64,000 nt of DNA from Azolla caroliniana (Eukaryota; Plantae; Polypodiophyta), in NCBI GenBank assembly GCA_043228905.1, contig JBHGNT010000008.1:4340001-4404000 (forward strand), written 5' to 3'. A program made the translations under genes and the position numbers. This document shows positions 21,361-35,600 of the stretch, piece by piece. The number at the start of each line of letters is the position of its first letter. Within the stretch, counting starts at the first letter, position 1. A model generated the notes under the pieces. The model was not told where the DNA came from and did not search any database. It saw nothing but the letters and a program-made list of their open reading frames with translations.

Positions 21361-23699
21361 ACACAACTTTAATCCCTTTAACGGGTAGTCATTACCTACT
21401 TCCATATGGGCGACATCACTTATTTATCTTACACTTATTTATGTATAAGCCAACCTTGTATAGTGTTTCTATAATAATCTCTCCTAACTAATGGGAAAGT
21501 AGCTTCTTTTTGGAAAGGGTTTAGGGTTTAGGGTGAATAACTATAATGCCAAAACCATTTAGGTTTATAGAAGAAGAAAACTTGATAATTGAATTGTAAA
21601 TTTTGGAAAAATTAAGATTTAGAAGATAAGTACAAAAATGTTATCACTATTAAAAAGAACAAAGCCTTGTTACATGAGACCATCCAAGAACATGTATTAG
21701 AACCAATTTGCTCTATTTGGGGATTGTAGGTGTTCATGGATAAAGACAAATATTTTAACAATGGAAGCAACAACCTAGGTTTAGTTTAAGATTTTACTAT
21801 TATGCCAATGATAAGGAGTGATAATTGAATCCATGAAGGTGAGAAAACTCCATAATAATACAAAAGGATCAAATATTATTAATCGAGATTTACAAACACT
21901 AGACCGAGGGATGTAAATGCTGAATTATTTTAAAGCAATGTTGTAAAGATGAATTTGTTCTATTTAGCGTATTCACGATTATGAGGTTAAATATTACTAA
22001 AAAAAATTAGTGACGATTGTTCTTGGAAGTGTATAGTACCATGAACGATAGACAAATAAAAATAAAAGTAAGTGCTTTTGAGAGAATACATCACATTAAC
22101 AAGGACACCAAACGATGTGCATATGCATGCATGATGTGCTAAATATTAAAATAGGAACTTTTGTATCTAAGGTATCTTAAAAGACAACAAATAACCTGAT
22201 TGGAGGAAGATGATGGAATATTCATGGGATCTGAATGGAATGGTAATTACACTTCCAAATATTTCAAGATAACTCGTAAATCATTAGAAAAAATGGATGA
22301 ACGATAAATGTGAGATAAAGAAGAATATTTAGATGATGAATTATCCAGTTACAGGAACTATCATTACAAGAATGATCGTTATTATAACCTTGAGTAGAAC
22401 TCATTACAAGATAAATAAAAGATAGTCAATGAGTCACATGCATGAGTTGAGGATACTTGAGATCGCCCCAAGTAAATAGTGGAAAAGATGGGAAATGCTT
22501 TGCAAATACATAGTGTAAAAGCTTGTCATAAACAACATATATATGGAATATCTAGCTAATAGTAAATCACATAAATAGGGTGCACAAAATCAGAATATGT
22601 GAGGTATCAAAGAGTAATTGGTGGCAAGTAAAAGGTCAAATTGAGGTGTTAAAAAGTTTACAAGGGTAGGTTAAAGATAAAAGTGAGGTATGAAAGTGAA
22701 AGAGTGAGTTTCATGGTGTATTTGAGGTGTCCATGAATAAAAGACATCGAATCCAAGTTGCACGTAAAGTATGAGCCAATACAAAAGCAAATGTGGTAAA
22801 AGAGCTCGAACTCATGGCATAAGTGAAGTATTGATAAAGGGGAGAGTGAATATGTCAGGATCAAGGTAGTTAATGACATGATAGTGACACACCATAGATG
22901 TATATCTGGGGAGCTTGGATGTCAATGTATAACATCTCTACTAAAGAGTAAGAATTTTTGTTTTGTGAGCAAGTGGGAAGCGAGCTTTTGACCAATATTT
23001 GTTATTAACTTCAAAAGTTTGTTTTTTCTTCTCCATGATGATGCATGACCAACAATCCATAACACATGCATGATGCATCCATGACCATGCATGACATATC
23101 TAGAATTGTGGAGTCCAAATTTCATATTTAGTAAGTTGACATTTTCAAATGTACTAGTATTGTGACTTGATCTTCATATTAAAGAAGAGCACATTCAAAT
23201 TACAAGATTTGAACTTTTTGTATTAAACGATTGATTTTTGAAATGTAACAACAACATATTTCTTGAATTGTCCAACTCAATCCATTAGAGCTCATGCATG
23301 CTACATTAACATAAATAAGTATTCAATGACTCTTAGTACTATACTAATAATTATGAGTGCAACTCTTATCACATTACTATATGTATGCATCATCTTATGT
23401 AATTAGGTCATATTACAATTTAGGGATACAATAACCAATGACTTAATAACCATTAAATATGCAAGATCCCTAATTGCACCTATCTTAACGTTTGTTTGAT
23501 TTCATATAAAACAATTTTTTTAAATTATTAAAAATTTGGTTTGGGTATTTGATATTTGGGATTTTTTCATAATATGCCTACGCTTTTGTGAAATCCCTAA
23601 ATATCACTATTCAATCGTTGAAAGGGAGAAGAATCAGAATTAGAATTTTTATCGTCCATAAAGAGGCCAATTTTGACCTATGGGACCAGAGTATACATG

Positions 23700-26240
23700 T
23701 GTTCTTGATATGTGTCTCCTTCCTAAGAAGGGGTATTCATACATTGAAGCACAAAGTCTCTATGTGTGAATAAAGCATGCACATATGAGCTCAACCTTCT
23801 AGGTGGTGTCTTAAGTATGGCACTTAAGTTATCACTCCCTCTTAGTATGTCATCATATCTTGAACGAATTGCACTATATGTCAAGCATGTGAAAGGCAAG
23901 TGACATTCATCCTCTACCATGCCTTAATTGCATACTTTACATGCCTTCAAATTCGTTACATTTTGATACCATGATGCAACTTCAATACCTAACTTATGGA
24001 GTGCGAAGTAATGTAAGGGCTCTACGAGCATTACTACTCATATTGGTAATGAGATAAGGTTGGATATGATCAATAGACATTCTTGCTTTATATTGAGACC
24101 AACATTTAGGGTTGACATTTGCAATGTAGTATTCTAGCTTTGTCCTCTTAGCATCTTCCCACTTCATCCTTATTGATTCCACCAACCTTTCCTCAATCAT
24201 TACATAATGCATAGCATTGTCCGAAAGCTCTAAAAGATAATCCACACCCCATCTTCTAAACCATTTCCTTATGTCAACAACCCAACTGGAGGAGAGAATC
24301 TTAGTTTTATGATTCTTTTGTAGCTTACTTCCAACATTCCAAGCAAGATGTGGTAATCTATGATTCGACATATTCTTGATTTTTGTAATGTATTTATATA
24401 CTATTTGGAGTGCCAATAGTTCTATGGGTCGAATACCTGTTTCCAACAGCATAACCTGGTAAGAGGTAGTGCATTTAACCCCTAATTGCCTCCTTAAAAA
24501 CATCTTTTGAATTTTCTCAATCTCATCCCATGCATTAAGAGAGAGTGTGCCACCCCATACTTCTACTCCATAAATCAATACTTGAGTTACCGTGGCATTG
24601 AACAACATTGTTTTACTTCCCATCCACAAGTATCACTTTGGTTCCATTGGTTCTCCAAAAGGTAATACGATTTCCAACCGGCTTGGAGCCTAGAATCAAA
24701 GCATGCACTCCATTTATTTGTGGCGGGTACATCAATACCAATATATTTAAAACTTTGAACAAATTGTGTATGTTCACCTCTATATGTGAGCATAGGGTAA
24801 TGATGAGGTTGGATGGTTTGCACTACCATAATTTTCGTTTTCTCCACATTCACTGCTAGTCCACTACTATGGAAAAATTCTTCTAATACCCCAAGTAAAT
24901 GTTGCATACTATCAACATCATATGAGAAGAGTACCACATCATCTGCATATATCTAAGCAATAAGATAACATATCGCATCAATTTGGGGGCATTCAATCTT
25001 TCTTCTCTTGCAACCTTATTAGCCATTTCTTCCAATTTATCAATACATAAGACAATGTTAGGAAACAGGTCCCTCCGGATAGGAAGTGAGAAGAACCGTG
25101 TTGATGATCAACTCGGTCGAGGCCGAATCCGGATGTGGCGTACCCGACAATGGAAGACCCGGTGAGAACCAGATGTGGCGTACTCGGCAACGGAAGACCC
25201 AGTGAGAACCGGATGTGGAGTACCCGGCAACGGAAGACCTGGTGAGAACCAGATGTTGCAGGCCCGGTGAGAACCTCTCATCGGATGGAAGGGACATATA
25301 TGTAAATATGTTCCAGAGAGCCCACTGGGGTTGTATTTGTAAATAGCCCGAAAGTCATATTAGTATAAATATGACCTAGGGCAAACTTAATAGAGAATGA
25401 TAGAGTTATAAGTGGGTGTAACTTCTACACAGTGTGTAAGAGAGGTAGTGAGAGCGATATACAAAGATTGTTGCCTTTGTTGTAACCGCCTGGTGGCGAA
25501 GCGAGGGAGCAAGAGGTCGTTGCCTTTGTGCCCCATTGTTGTAATCTTGATATAGTGATATTTTGTAGTCTGAGGGCTGCCGTGGTTTTTTCCCATATTT
25601 GGGTTTTCCATGTTAACATCCTGTGCACTCTCTTCTTTACTCTTTCGTGCGTAGATACATCTCTCCACATCCCTGTTTTCTGTGATTGATCTGACGTCTC
25701 TATTGCGGTCGAGCATAGGTGGAGACAAGTATCCTATTAGACAAAGAGTGTGGGTGATAGTGGACATCCTTGCTTGACCCCCTTGTTACTTAACAAGTGC
25801 TTTGATAATCCACTATCCATTTAACTTGTTCATATAGTTGCACAATAACTATTTGGTACTCTAATGGCATGTCAATTGAGTAAACCATTCTATTCCAAGC
25901 TCACTTCATGGTACATATCAAAAGCTTTCTTGAAATCAACAAAACAACAATAAAGTGTTTTTCCTTGTAGTCGACTCTCTTCCATGATTATTCTCAATGT
26001 GACCAAATGATCCACAATGGAGTGTTTTGATCTAAATCTTGCTTGCCCAAGTGCTCTTTTGCTTGTACTTTCAGCCCATGTGCTTATCTTTTGCTCTATA
26101 ATAGTGCTATACAATTTAGCAATAGTTGAGCTCACCATTATTGTACAATAATTTGATACTTGATTCTTATCTCCGGCTTTAAATATTGGTTTAATCCAAT
26201 TCATAAGCCAATCATTTGGAAATCCTTGTTTTATAGCTCA
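23700..26240 (-). mobile_element. LINE (RT, non-L1 type) interrupted by a solo LTR
   Basis: YCCFVDFKKAFD; GCPLSPTLFV|LCIDKLEE is restored across the insertion; YADD-like motif at ~24945; FKYIG; C-terminal EDECH motif. Confidence 0.85.
25056..25739 (+). mobile_element. Solo LTR with 5-bp TSD GACAA
   Basis: Starts TGTTAGG. GACAA on both sides (25051-25055, 25740-25744). Removing it restores the LINE RT frame. Contains ~41-bp tandem repeats at 25130-25275. Confidence 0.85.
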
Positions 26241-26619
26241 AATAACACATATCAATGAAAAAAAGGGATCAATTAACTTTGTAATTATTCAAATATGACA
26301 TAATTCTGTGGAAAACAATTAACACAATGAGTCAATGAAGATGGTTTCGAAACTAAAGGAATTTTGGTTATGTGTTTGATGTGGGGAACAACCATAAATT
26401 TCCAGCCAAAGAAAGCCAACTAGTCTATCTAAGGACTCAAATAGGTGGAGGATTAGGATTAGAGGGTGATAATCAAAGGAGGAGGATGCGAATGTGGAAG
26501 ATCAAAGGATGAAGAAAAGGAAAAATGAATAGATGAGTGAGTTTGATAAGGTATATGAGGATGAGGGATCATTGGAGTAGAGTGGGATGGTCAAAAGTTA
26601 TGAACATATATGAAAACTA

Positions 26620-27399
26620 TGAAAGCATGATGGACATTTGAACCCATGACCTCTTAATAAAATTTGTGCAATCTTAACCATTAGGATATTATGACATGGT
26701 GCAAAGTGTTATGTCCTTATAATCACCAAGTGTTGCTTGCACGAATGCTAAGTGACGATCATGCATACTTATTAGGTGGCGAGCATTCATGTGTCCAGAC
26801 TCCAAACCATACTATATAAACACATGTTTGAATATTGATGAAACCATTATGGTTCAATGCGAGGATTTGACATATTCTTGTAACCTTTGTCCTTATTGTA
26901 ACACTTACCAATCTCCTCTTATTTATCACTCATTTCTCTCTTCTCATTCTCTTTATCAATTTGTTTGATCTTGTTCTTGATGATGACCTTGACAATTAGA
27001 ATATATGCACATTTTGTCTGCTCTAGAATGCTTAATAACCAAGCTCATGGCCTCAGAGAAAGAGAATCAAAGACATCTTGGAGATTTACAAGAAATGAAT
27101 GTTGAGAAAGCTCAAAAACATGAGGAAAGGGTTCATCAACTAGAAGTGGCACTAATAACTTTGCGATAACAAGCTTTGGGAATACCAAGTTCTCCTAGCG
27201 AAATATGATGGTACTTGGTCACAATTTTGAGGATTTTAAATTAGGTGCAAGTTGCAACTAGTAATACAAATGCATCCCACCCAATATCCAACTGATTCGT
27301 CATGATTATGGTGGTCGGGACTCTATTGACTGGTAGAACATTAGCTTGGTTTATGCCATTACTTGAAAAAAGTATCTTATTTTGGATAAATTTGATGAG
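26620..27399 (+). mobile_element. Degenerate chromovirus LTR and gag remnant
   Basis: Resembles the LTR at 371-826 (GAACCCATGACC, CTATATAAA, ATGGTTCAATG). A gag-like LLTG...LAWFMPLLEK remnant sits just before the transposon TIR at 27400. Confidence 0.55.
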
Positions 27400-29460
27400 A
27401 ACATGTTCACATTCACAAAGTGGAAGGATTGCACATTGACATTCTACTTTTAGATTTCCTTTATAATGGTGCAATTTTAGGCAGTATATAGAAACTTGAT
27501 ACACCAATATCACATGTTCTTCAACCCATATCGAATTTGCTATATTGTTAATATTTAACAAACACAACAATTGGAATATGTAGTTTTTTGAACATTTTTC
27601 AAGTTAATGATTTCTAAAATGAAATGTAATTGAAGTTCAAGAATATCACAATGGTTTTCTCACTTGATGCAAGTTAAAGTTTCGAATTCCTATTACTAAA
27701 TTTAGCAAGTTTTTTGAAGAGTTGGGGTGATCTCCAACATATTATCTCCAGGTTTAACCATCGTGACGAAGGGTAGGTTGTAGAAATGGAAGTGACATAT
27801 GTAGTTAATGATTATTATGTTTACGTAGTCTAATTCTTAGTGTCACTTGCAGGATATAAATACCTACTGTTAGTGAAAAGTCAAACCCTCTCAAACTTAT
27901 GGATGATAAAGACATAATTTTCATCTAAAATATAAGAAAGAGACCACCCATACACACCCTTGAAATAGGATACCAATACACATATGGAAATACACATATC
28001 ATATAGTGGATAGGCTTGGACACTCATGATAGTTACATATCCATAAACAGTCAAAACTATAAAATCTTTAATATAACATCACAAAAGTAATGTTATATCT
28101 AAAATGGATCAAGTGTGCAACAAGTGAAAACAATGAAAGGTTAAAACATAATAACAACATTACAGATGTAACGTCGAGACCGAAATGTAGACATTAATCT
28201 AACAATGAGAAATTAATCATGTAGCTTAGTTTAAAATGTCAATAGCGGCATTACAAATGTAATGTGGAGACCGAAATGTAGACATTAATCTAACAATGAA
28301 AACAATACAACTTAGATTAAAACATCAATATAACATTGCAATGTATAGTTTACATAGCTATTAAGGTATCTACATCATTCTCCTCTTCCTCTTTTTGAGA
28401 ACTCTCCTCACATATTGGTGTAGTGGTATCGCCTCTAGACAGGCTAACAACCGTAGGGTCTTCTAGAAGCTCATTGTCAAGATCAATAACTCCCCAGGTT
28501 CACCAACTAATGGAGGATTTGGCTCACAGGAGGTTGGTTGAAATCGTTCTATATCTGCGATGTGCTTTGCCCCTACTTCCTCGTCTTGGTCTAGGCATTC
28601 CTATAATGCTTTACTAGTCATGTTAATGTTCATTGTCTTTTTCCAATGCAACAATATTTTGGAAGAGCTTCAAAGCACATGTAGATGTAGTACCTATCAT
28701 GAAAATAAAAGAAAGATTGCTTTAACAAAATTACAAATTTTTTATTATGTAAATCATAGCATACATTATATAAAACCTTACCCGTGCTTGAGAATAAATC
28801 CAATATCCAATCTCCTTTGTTGGTTCAGAACATTTCTAAAAGGTGCATAATGAAACGTTGAGGCTTTTGATAAGGATTGACAAGTCCACATTCAGTTGTA
28901 GTGACATGTCCCAATTTACGCATAACTATTGGATACACCAACAGACCCAAATCTCCAACCTCATTTGAATGTTCCTTGATCCTTTTTTTAAAATTTCATC
29001 ATAATAACCAATTGTTATAAATTCAATTGCATTAACGAACAAAAATGACTGTCCTCTATTCACGTTGGTTTTTATCCTGCAAATCACAATAAAATAACCA
29101 CAAGACACATATCAATTTTATGTTGAATTGAGTGAAGCCAAATACAAAATTCAAGTGTCGACATGTAATCCATACCACGCTAGGTTCTCGATGCCATGGC
29201 AATGAGATCTCAATGCTTGAGCCATAGAGTGTCCTTGGTCCATGCTATGAAACACTATTGTAACAATTCTCCACAAGGACGCTATGGTCATTTTCACGAA
29301 ATCTTTGACCATTTTCTCGAGTTGTTTGAAACTAAATGATCTAGCCATACGAAAACCGTATGGTATGTTTGCGATCAATAACATATAGTCTTTCTTAGGC
29401 AATTTTTGGATCAAGTCGGCCACATCACCATAGTAAACATTATAATATAATTCATGGGTC
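27400..29460 (-). mobile_element. Decayed, truncated second copy of the Sola-methyltransferase transposon (methyltransferase-side end)
   Basis: Degenerate TIR AACATGTTCACATTCACAAAGTGGAAGGATTGCACATT at 27400. Its subterminal sequence is shared with 58520 onward. It contains the methyltransferase 3' exons. Confidence 0.8.
28350..29450 (-). pseudogene. Paralogous N6A/N4C methyltransferase 3' exons
   Basis: LLIANIPYGFRMA...GIENLAW|IKTNVNRG...DWILDLFSSTG|TTSTCALKL. The last two introns are at the same positions as in 18466-18935. Confidence 0.85.
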
Positions 29461-29464
29461 GGAT

Positions 29465-29640
29465 GTAGCTCGTCATGATGACAGATCCCAGAATGTACTT
29501 GGAAGCTTTCTCACGTTGTCACAAAGTGCTACACGTCATTGTACATTCCCGGCCACCAGTATCTCTCCTTGAGCTTTTCGAACATTATCATGGAAATCCG
29601 CGACGCGAGTATGTGTCGGATTGGGCGGGACCATGGGGGT
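29465..29640 (-). mobile_element. Gypsy integrase zinc-binding region fragment
   Basis: FEKLKERYWWPGMYNDV; similar to the integrase at 54162-54494. Confidence 0.6.
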
Positions 29641-32600
29641 CTCGGATTAGGGAGTAAAAAGGGGAATGGAAGCTTATCCCTTACGAGCTTTTGAGCACGA
29701 AAGGGTAGGAGCAATGTGTGAAGGATTAACACGACAAAGAACTTGCTGAGAATCGATCTGGCCACAACCGGTTAACACATATATGTATGCAGGTGCAAAG
29801 ATCGAGAAGACAAGAAACAAACTAAAAACTGATAGCTCAAGTATTGAGACAACATATTTTAACATGGAAAACCCGAAAGGGAAAAACCACGGGAGTCCAC
29901 AAACTCTAAACAGAATAACTAAGGTAGGAGGAGTACAATGAGAAGCTTCAAGGCAACGACCTTGGGCACTCCTTCGTTTGATAGACGACAACAGAGTTAC
30001 AACTCTCACACTCTCTAACTCAGTTATTGTGGCAACAACCCTCTGTAACTTGTTCAACAACGTTCAACTACAACTACCTAACTACTTGCCCTAATTATAT
30101 ATATATATACTCATATACATAACAGACTATTAACAAATATAGCCTTAATGGGAACATCTAGGCTATTTACAAATATAGCACCGAGTTAGTTTCGACCGAT
30201 TCGACTATTAGTTGAATTGATTCAAATTTGATTATTTGGCCACGATCGAATCAAACAATCAGTTTGATTTTTCGATCTCGGTCGAGTTGCTGTAAACCAA
30301 GTTGGTCCTTTCTTCGACTTGTGCTCCTCTTCCGATCCGGAGGGACTTGTTACCTAAAAATCTCCCCCTTCACTCCGGCATGGGGTACTTTGTCAATCCA
30401 ACTTGCCTTCGACACACGTCGAGCTTTTCAGCCGACAACACCTTCGTTAGCATGTCCGACCCGTTCTCCGTTGTGTGCACCTTCACTAGAGCAAATTCTT
30501 TCTCTTCTACCTGCTCACGAAGCCAATGGTATTTCCTCTGGATATGCTTGGTTCCTGAGTGGTAGGCGGCATTCTACAAGGTGGATGGCACTTTGATTGT
30601 CATAGTAGAGTTGGAATTCTTCTTGCCGAATTCCCAGCTCAACGATCAACTCCTTCATCCATATGACTTCCTTGATGGCTTCGATGATGGCCATGTACTC
30701 GGCTTCTGTGGTCGACAATGGCACGACCTTCTATAGCCTCAACTACCACGAAACGACTCCCATTGCATAAGACATTACGTATCCAGACGTGGATCAACTG
30801 GTATCCACATAAGCCGACATGTCCGAATTAGTATAACCTTCCAATGTGGGGTTACTAAGCCGAATCGGAGGCACATGCTCGAGGTGCCTCTCAGGTACCG
30901 ATGTATCCACTTGACCGTTACCCAATGCTCTCTTCTGGGATTGCACATGTATCGGCTAATGACTCCAACTACATATGCGATCTCTGGCTTGGTGCAACCA
31001 ATTGCATCCATCAGACTTCCGACTGTTGAAGCGTATGGTACCTTGCTCATCTCAGCCTTCTCCATTTTCGTCTTTTCACATTGACTTCTGAACAACTTGC
31101 TGTTTGTCGGCAGTGTCGAACCGAACGACTTCATGTCTTGCATGTTGAATCTCTAGAGCACCTTTGTCATGTATTTCTCATGTGACAACCACAACAACTT
31201 CTTTGTCCGATCCCGAACAATGTGCATACCCAGTATGTACTTTGCCGGACCCATATCCTTCATCACAAACAACTTGCTCAGGGCCTTCTTCAAACTTCCG
31301 ATTTTCTTTGGGTCTTGTCCGACAATTAACATGTCGTCAACATACAACAGGAAGATGAGAAAGTCTCCTCCATCATATTTCATAACAAAGACAGAATGAT
31401 CGGATTGTGTCTTGTTGAAGCCGTGATCCACCATGAAGGATTCAAATTTTTAGTACCATTGCCGAGGTGCTTGCTTCAGCCAGTATAAGCTCTTCCTCAA
31501 TCGGCATACCAAGTTTTCTTTACCTTTGTCCACGAATCCATCCGGTTGCTGCATGTATATCTCCTCTTTGAGATCTCTATGTAGGAACACCGTCTTGACG
31601 TCCAACTTCTTGACTTCTAAATCAATGCTGGCCCATAGCTGATAGTGGAATTCATCTTTGCCGTATCCGAGAAATATGCATGGCCGAGATTTCGGATCTA
31701 GTTTTCCCCTTTGGTCCTTAACCACATGCACGTAGGCAAGACAACCAGACACCTTTAGATGTCGGTACGATACGTCTTAGCCGGTCCACATGCTTTGTGG
31801 AATATCACCGTCCAAGGGTATTTAGGGAGTTTACATGTCTATAACGTAAACGACTATCATCAACGCCTCGACCCAGTATACCTTCGGTAGTTTCGCATGT
31901 GCCAACATACATCAAACTCTCTCCATGGTGGTCTGGTTCATTCTCTCGGCCATACCGTTTAACTCCGGCATCTTTGGCACTATGTACTCGAGCTGAATAC
32001 CTTGAGTTCGGCAGTACTCTTTGAATTGCCCTCAATAATCTCCTCCATTGTCTGTTCGGACCGCCTTCATCTTCCGTTTGGTTTCTCTCTCGGCTCTTGC
32101 CTGGAACTCTTTAAAGACACTCAGTACTTGATCCTTCGTCTTTAGCATGTAAGCCCACAACTTACGACTGTAATCGTCAATGAAGGTAACGAAGTAATGA
32201 GACCTTGCATCTACATAGCATACATTGGTGCGTAAGAGTTCCAAGATAGTTTTGCTTCGAATCAGGGGCCTTAGTCGAAAGGCGACTCTATTTTGGTTTC
32301 CGACCAGGCAATCGACACATTTTTCCAGATGCAATTTCTTCAACTCCGACAGGAGTTCTCTTTCGGCTAGCATCTGAATTCCCCTATGGCCCATGTGGCA
32401 TAACCTCTTATGCCACAACTCACTGGCTTTGTCGGCTGTCACGTTCACTTCCTCCTGATATATTTGGGCATGCATTACATACAATGTGTTGGTTTTCCGG
32501 GTTTCTCCTATGTCGACAATTTGGCATGATCCTTCATTTCCCATCTTTACAAGACCGTGGCCTCTGGCCTTGTACGATGAGAACTACTTTCGGTTGAGGG

Positions 32601-35600
32601 TTATGTGAAACGGCACACTCGAATTGACCACTCATGTCGATTCTTCGCCGACGAGATTGACTTCATTTTGTTCACTGATGAACAACAACTCCTCTTCATT
32701 GACGACGATTATTGATGTGTTGATTCTGTCCAGGATTTTCATTGGCTCTACACCATCAACTCCCCCTTTCTCCTTTCGGAAGTGTCGACAATAATTCTTT
32801 TGGAAGTGCCCCGACTTCCCACAATAGAAGCAAGTGGGCCTCCCCGTCGACTTCGACCTTGTCCCTAACTTCTCTCGGTTCTAGGGACTTCTATTTAGAC
32901 CTCTTCCTCAATTCATGCCACCTTCCGTGACTAAGGCCTTCGAGTCGGTGATTGCCTCTTTGTCCTTCCGAAGAGCTTCCTCATTCATCAAGCTTGACTT
33001 CACCTTCTCCAGGGATAGATGTTTCCCTTCTGGTTCGGCGTTGCCCAATGTGACAATGAGCATCTCCCAACTGTTCGGAAGGGATCCTAGCAACAATAAT
33101 GTGGATACCTTGCCGGAAAGAGGTACTTCTAGAGAGGTGGTCTGATTGATAAGTCCTTGGAAGGCGTTCCGATGCTCCACCGTACTAGAGCCATCTTCAT
33201 ACCGGAGTCTCACAATCTTTCGGAACACTAAGACTCTGTTCACGACATTCCTGTTCTCGAACATAATGTCAATCTTCTCCCAGAGGACATTTGCCTTGTT
33301 CTCTTCATTAAAGTTGTTGTATAGACTCATGTTTATAAAACACCTTATATATGTGGGTGCCTTCAGATGGATGACTTCCCAAGTCGATGCATCGATCTTG
33401 TCTGGCTTGGTTTTGCCGTATTGCATCGACAAGCATAAGGCGTTGCACATGAGCATGTCATGCGTCTTCGACTTCCACACTGAATAGTTGGTGTCGGTTA
33501 ACTTGAACATTCCAACGAAATGTTTGTCCATCGCTCTGATACCAATTTGTTGAGAATCGATCTGGCCACAACCATTTAGCACGTATATGTATGTGGGTGC
33601 AAAGTTCAAGAAGACAAGAAACAAATAGAAAATAGATAGCTCAAGTACTGAGACACAATATTTTAACGTGGAAAACTTGAAAGGGAAAACCACGAGAGTC
33701 CACAAACTCCGAACAAAATGACTAAGATAGGAGGAGTACAACGAGAAGCTTCAAGGCAACGACCTTGGGCTCTCCTTGGTCTGACAGATGACGACAGAGT
33801 TACAATTCTCACTCTCTCTCTCACTCTCTCTGACTCAATTACAGTGGCAACGACCCTCTGTAGCTTGTTCAACAATGTTCAACTACAACTACCTAACTGT
33901 CAAATACGAGTGTATAATGGCCGTATTCACACTGTACCTTTGGACAACCCAAGTTTGGGCTATTTTTGTAAATAGCATAAAGGGCAGTTGCCCTAGGATA
34001 GTCACTATATAAAGTGACTTTGTAGCCTTTACTAAAAAAGGGGGTGGTCATTTGTAACTGTTGCTATTAAGAAATAAAACGTTTCTTTGTGCCTCTCTCT
34101 CTCTCTCTTTGTGTGTGTGTATCTTGTTCATTCTCATGCACAGGTCCTTCAACATCACAAATGTTGGTTGTTCTTCCGCACTGATGACCTTGTCCCCAAC
34201 ATTTGGTATCAGAGCGTTGGAGGTTCTTCAACCCGCTGCCGGCCATCATAGTACACCACACAACATTCTGTTTTTATTTTTCTTGAAGAACAGAGAAGAG
34301 AGAAGACAAACAAGAAGCAACAACCAAATTCGTGCTTCATTCGGCTGATCAACATTCGGGAGGATCAATTGGATCCGTCCCTCTCATCGTTGCAGTCATC
34401 CGAAGCAGAGTGACCTAAACAATCGGTTTCTTGTGATTGGTATTCGGCATACAATCGGAAACTAACCGGAGTCACTCCAAGAAGGTTCAGCAAACAAGTA
34501 TCCGAAACCAAACTGACTCGGGTTCAAGACCGACTGAACGATATTGGGTGAGTCGACATGCTGCACCCCACTAAGGTTCCTAGTCAACTCCGAACAGAGT
34601 CTTACCAACCGAAACCGAATGAGATGGCATCAACATTCGGCTCATTGGAGATGAGTCTAAGGAGGTTTGACAGTTCGAACTTCAACTTCTGGAAGGAACA
34701 AATGCAGGACTATCTCATAGTCAAGGGTCAGATTGAGAATGAAAATCCTCCAGAAGCATACAAGGCAAACGAGTGGTTAAAGCTGGACAGAATCGTCCGC
34801 GCCACGATTCGGATGCACTTGTCGCACAGTGCAATCATGCTCGACAGCTTTTGAACTTTGGAAAAGATTGTCGGAAACTTATGAAAAGAAGGTCGCCACA
34901 ACGAAGATGTATCTGATCTGGCGCCTCTACAACTTGCGGATGAAAGAATCCGATTCTGTTCAGGCACACCTCAACGATTACGAAAGACTAAGCTCCCAAA
35001 TATCGTCAATAGAGGATGAACTCAGAGCAATGATACTCATGAGTAGTCTCCCCTCTTATTGGGAAACTTTCGTCACAACCGTGTGCAATGCTTCAACAAC
35101 TGCCATTAAGTACTCTGAAATCATGAGCGCAATCCTGACTGAAGTAGCTCGGAGAAATTCTTTTGCCAAAGACTCGGCAGATGAAGCTTATGTAGTACAA
35201 GGTTCGACCGAACAATCAAACAACCGGGGAAGAAGTTCTTCCTGATCGCCGAACAATCAGCGAAGCTGGAGCAAGTCCCGGGACAACCGAATCTGTAACT
35301 ACTGCAACAAACCGGGACACATCAAAGATGACTGCCGGGCCCTCAAAGCAAAAACTGACAAAGCTCAGAGAGCGAATCAGAAGAGTAGTCGACATGAGGA
35401 GGTCAACTACGTCGGCTCTTCAGCCGAAATTCTGACGACCGACCCGAACATACTATCCATAGAGAACCCAATCGAATTAAAAGTTTTGCTTACGATTGAG
35501 GAATCAAGCACATGGTTCCTGGACTCGGGCGCATTGTATCATGTGACACCTCACCGATCTCAGTTCCGGCAATACTTGGACTAGTACTCCGACTCAGTTC

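Noticed and set aside
21516-21534. Plant telomere repeat (TTTAGGG)
   Set aside because: Only about 2.5 units; a common interstitial telo-box.
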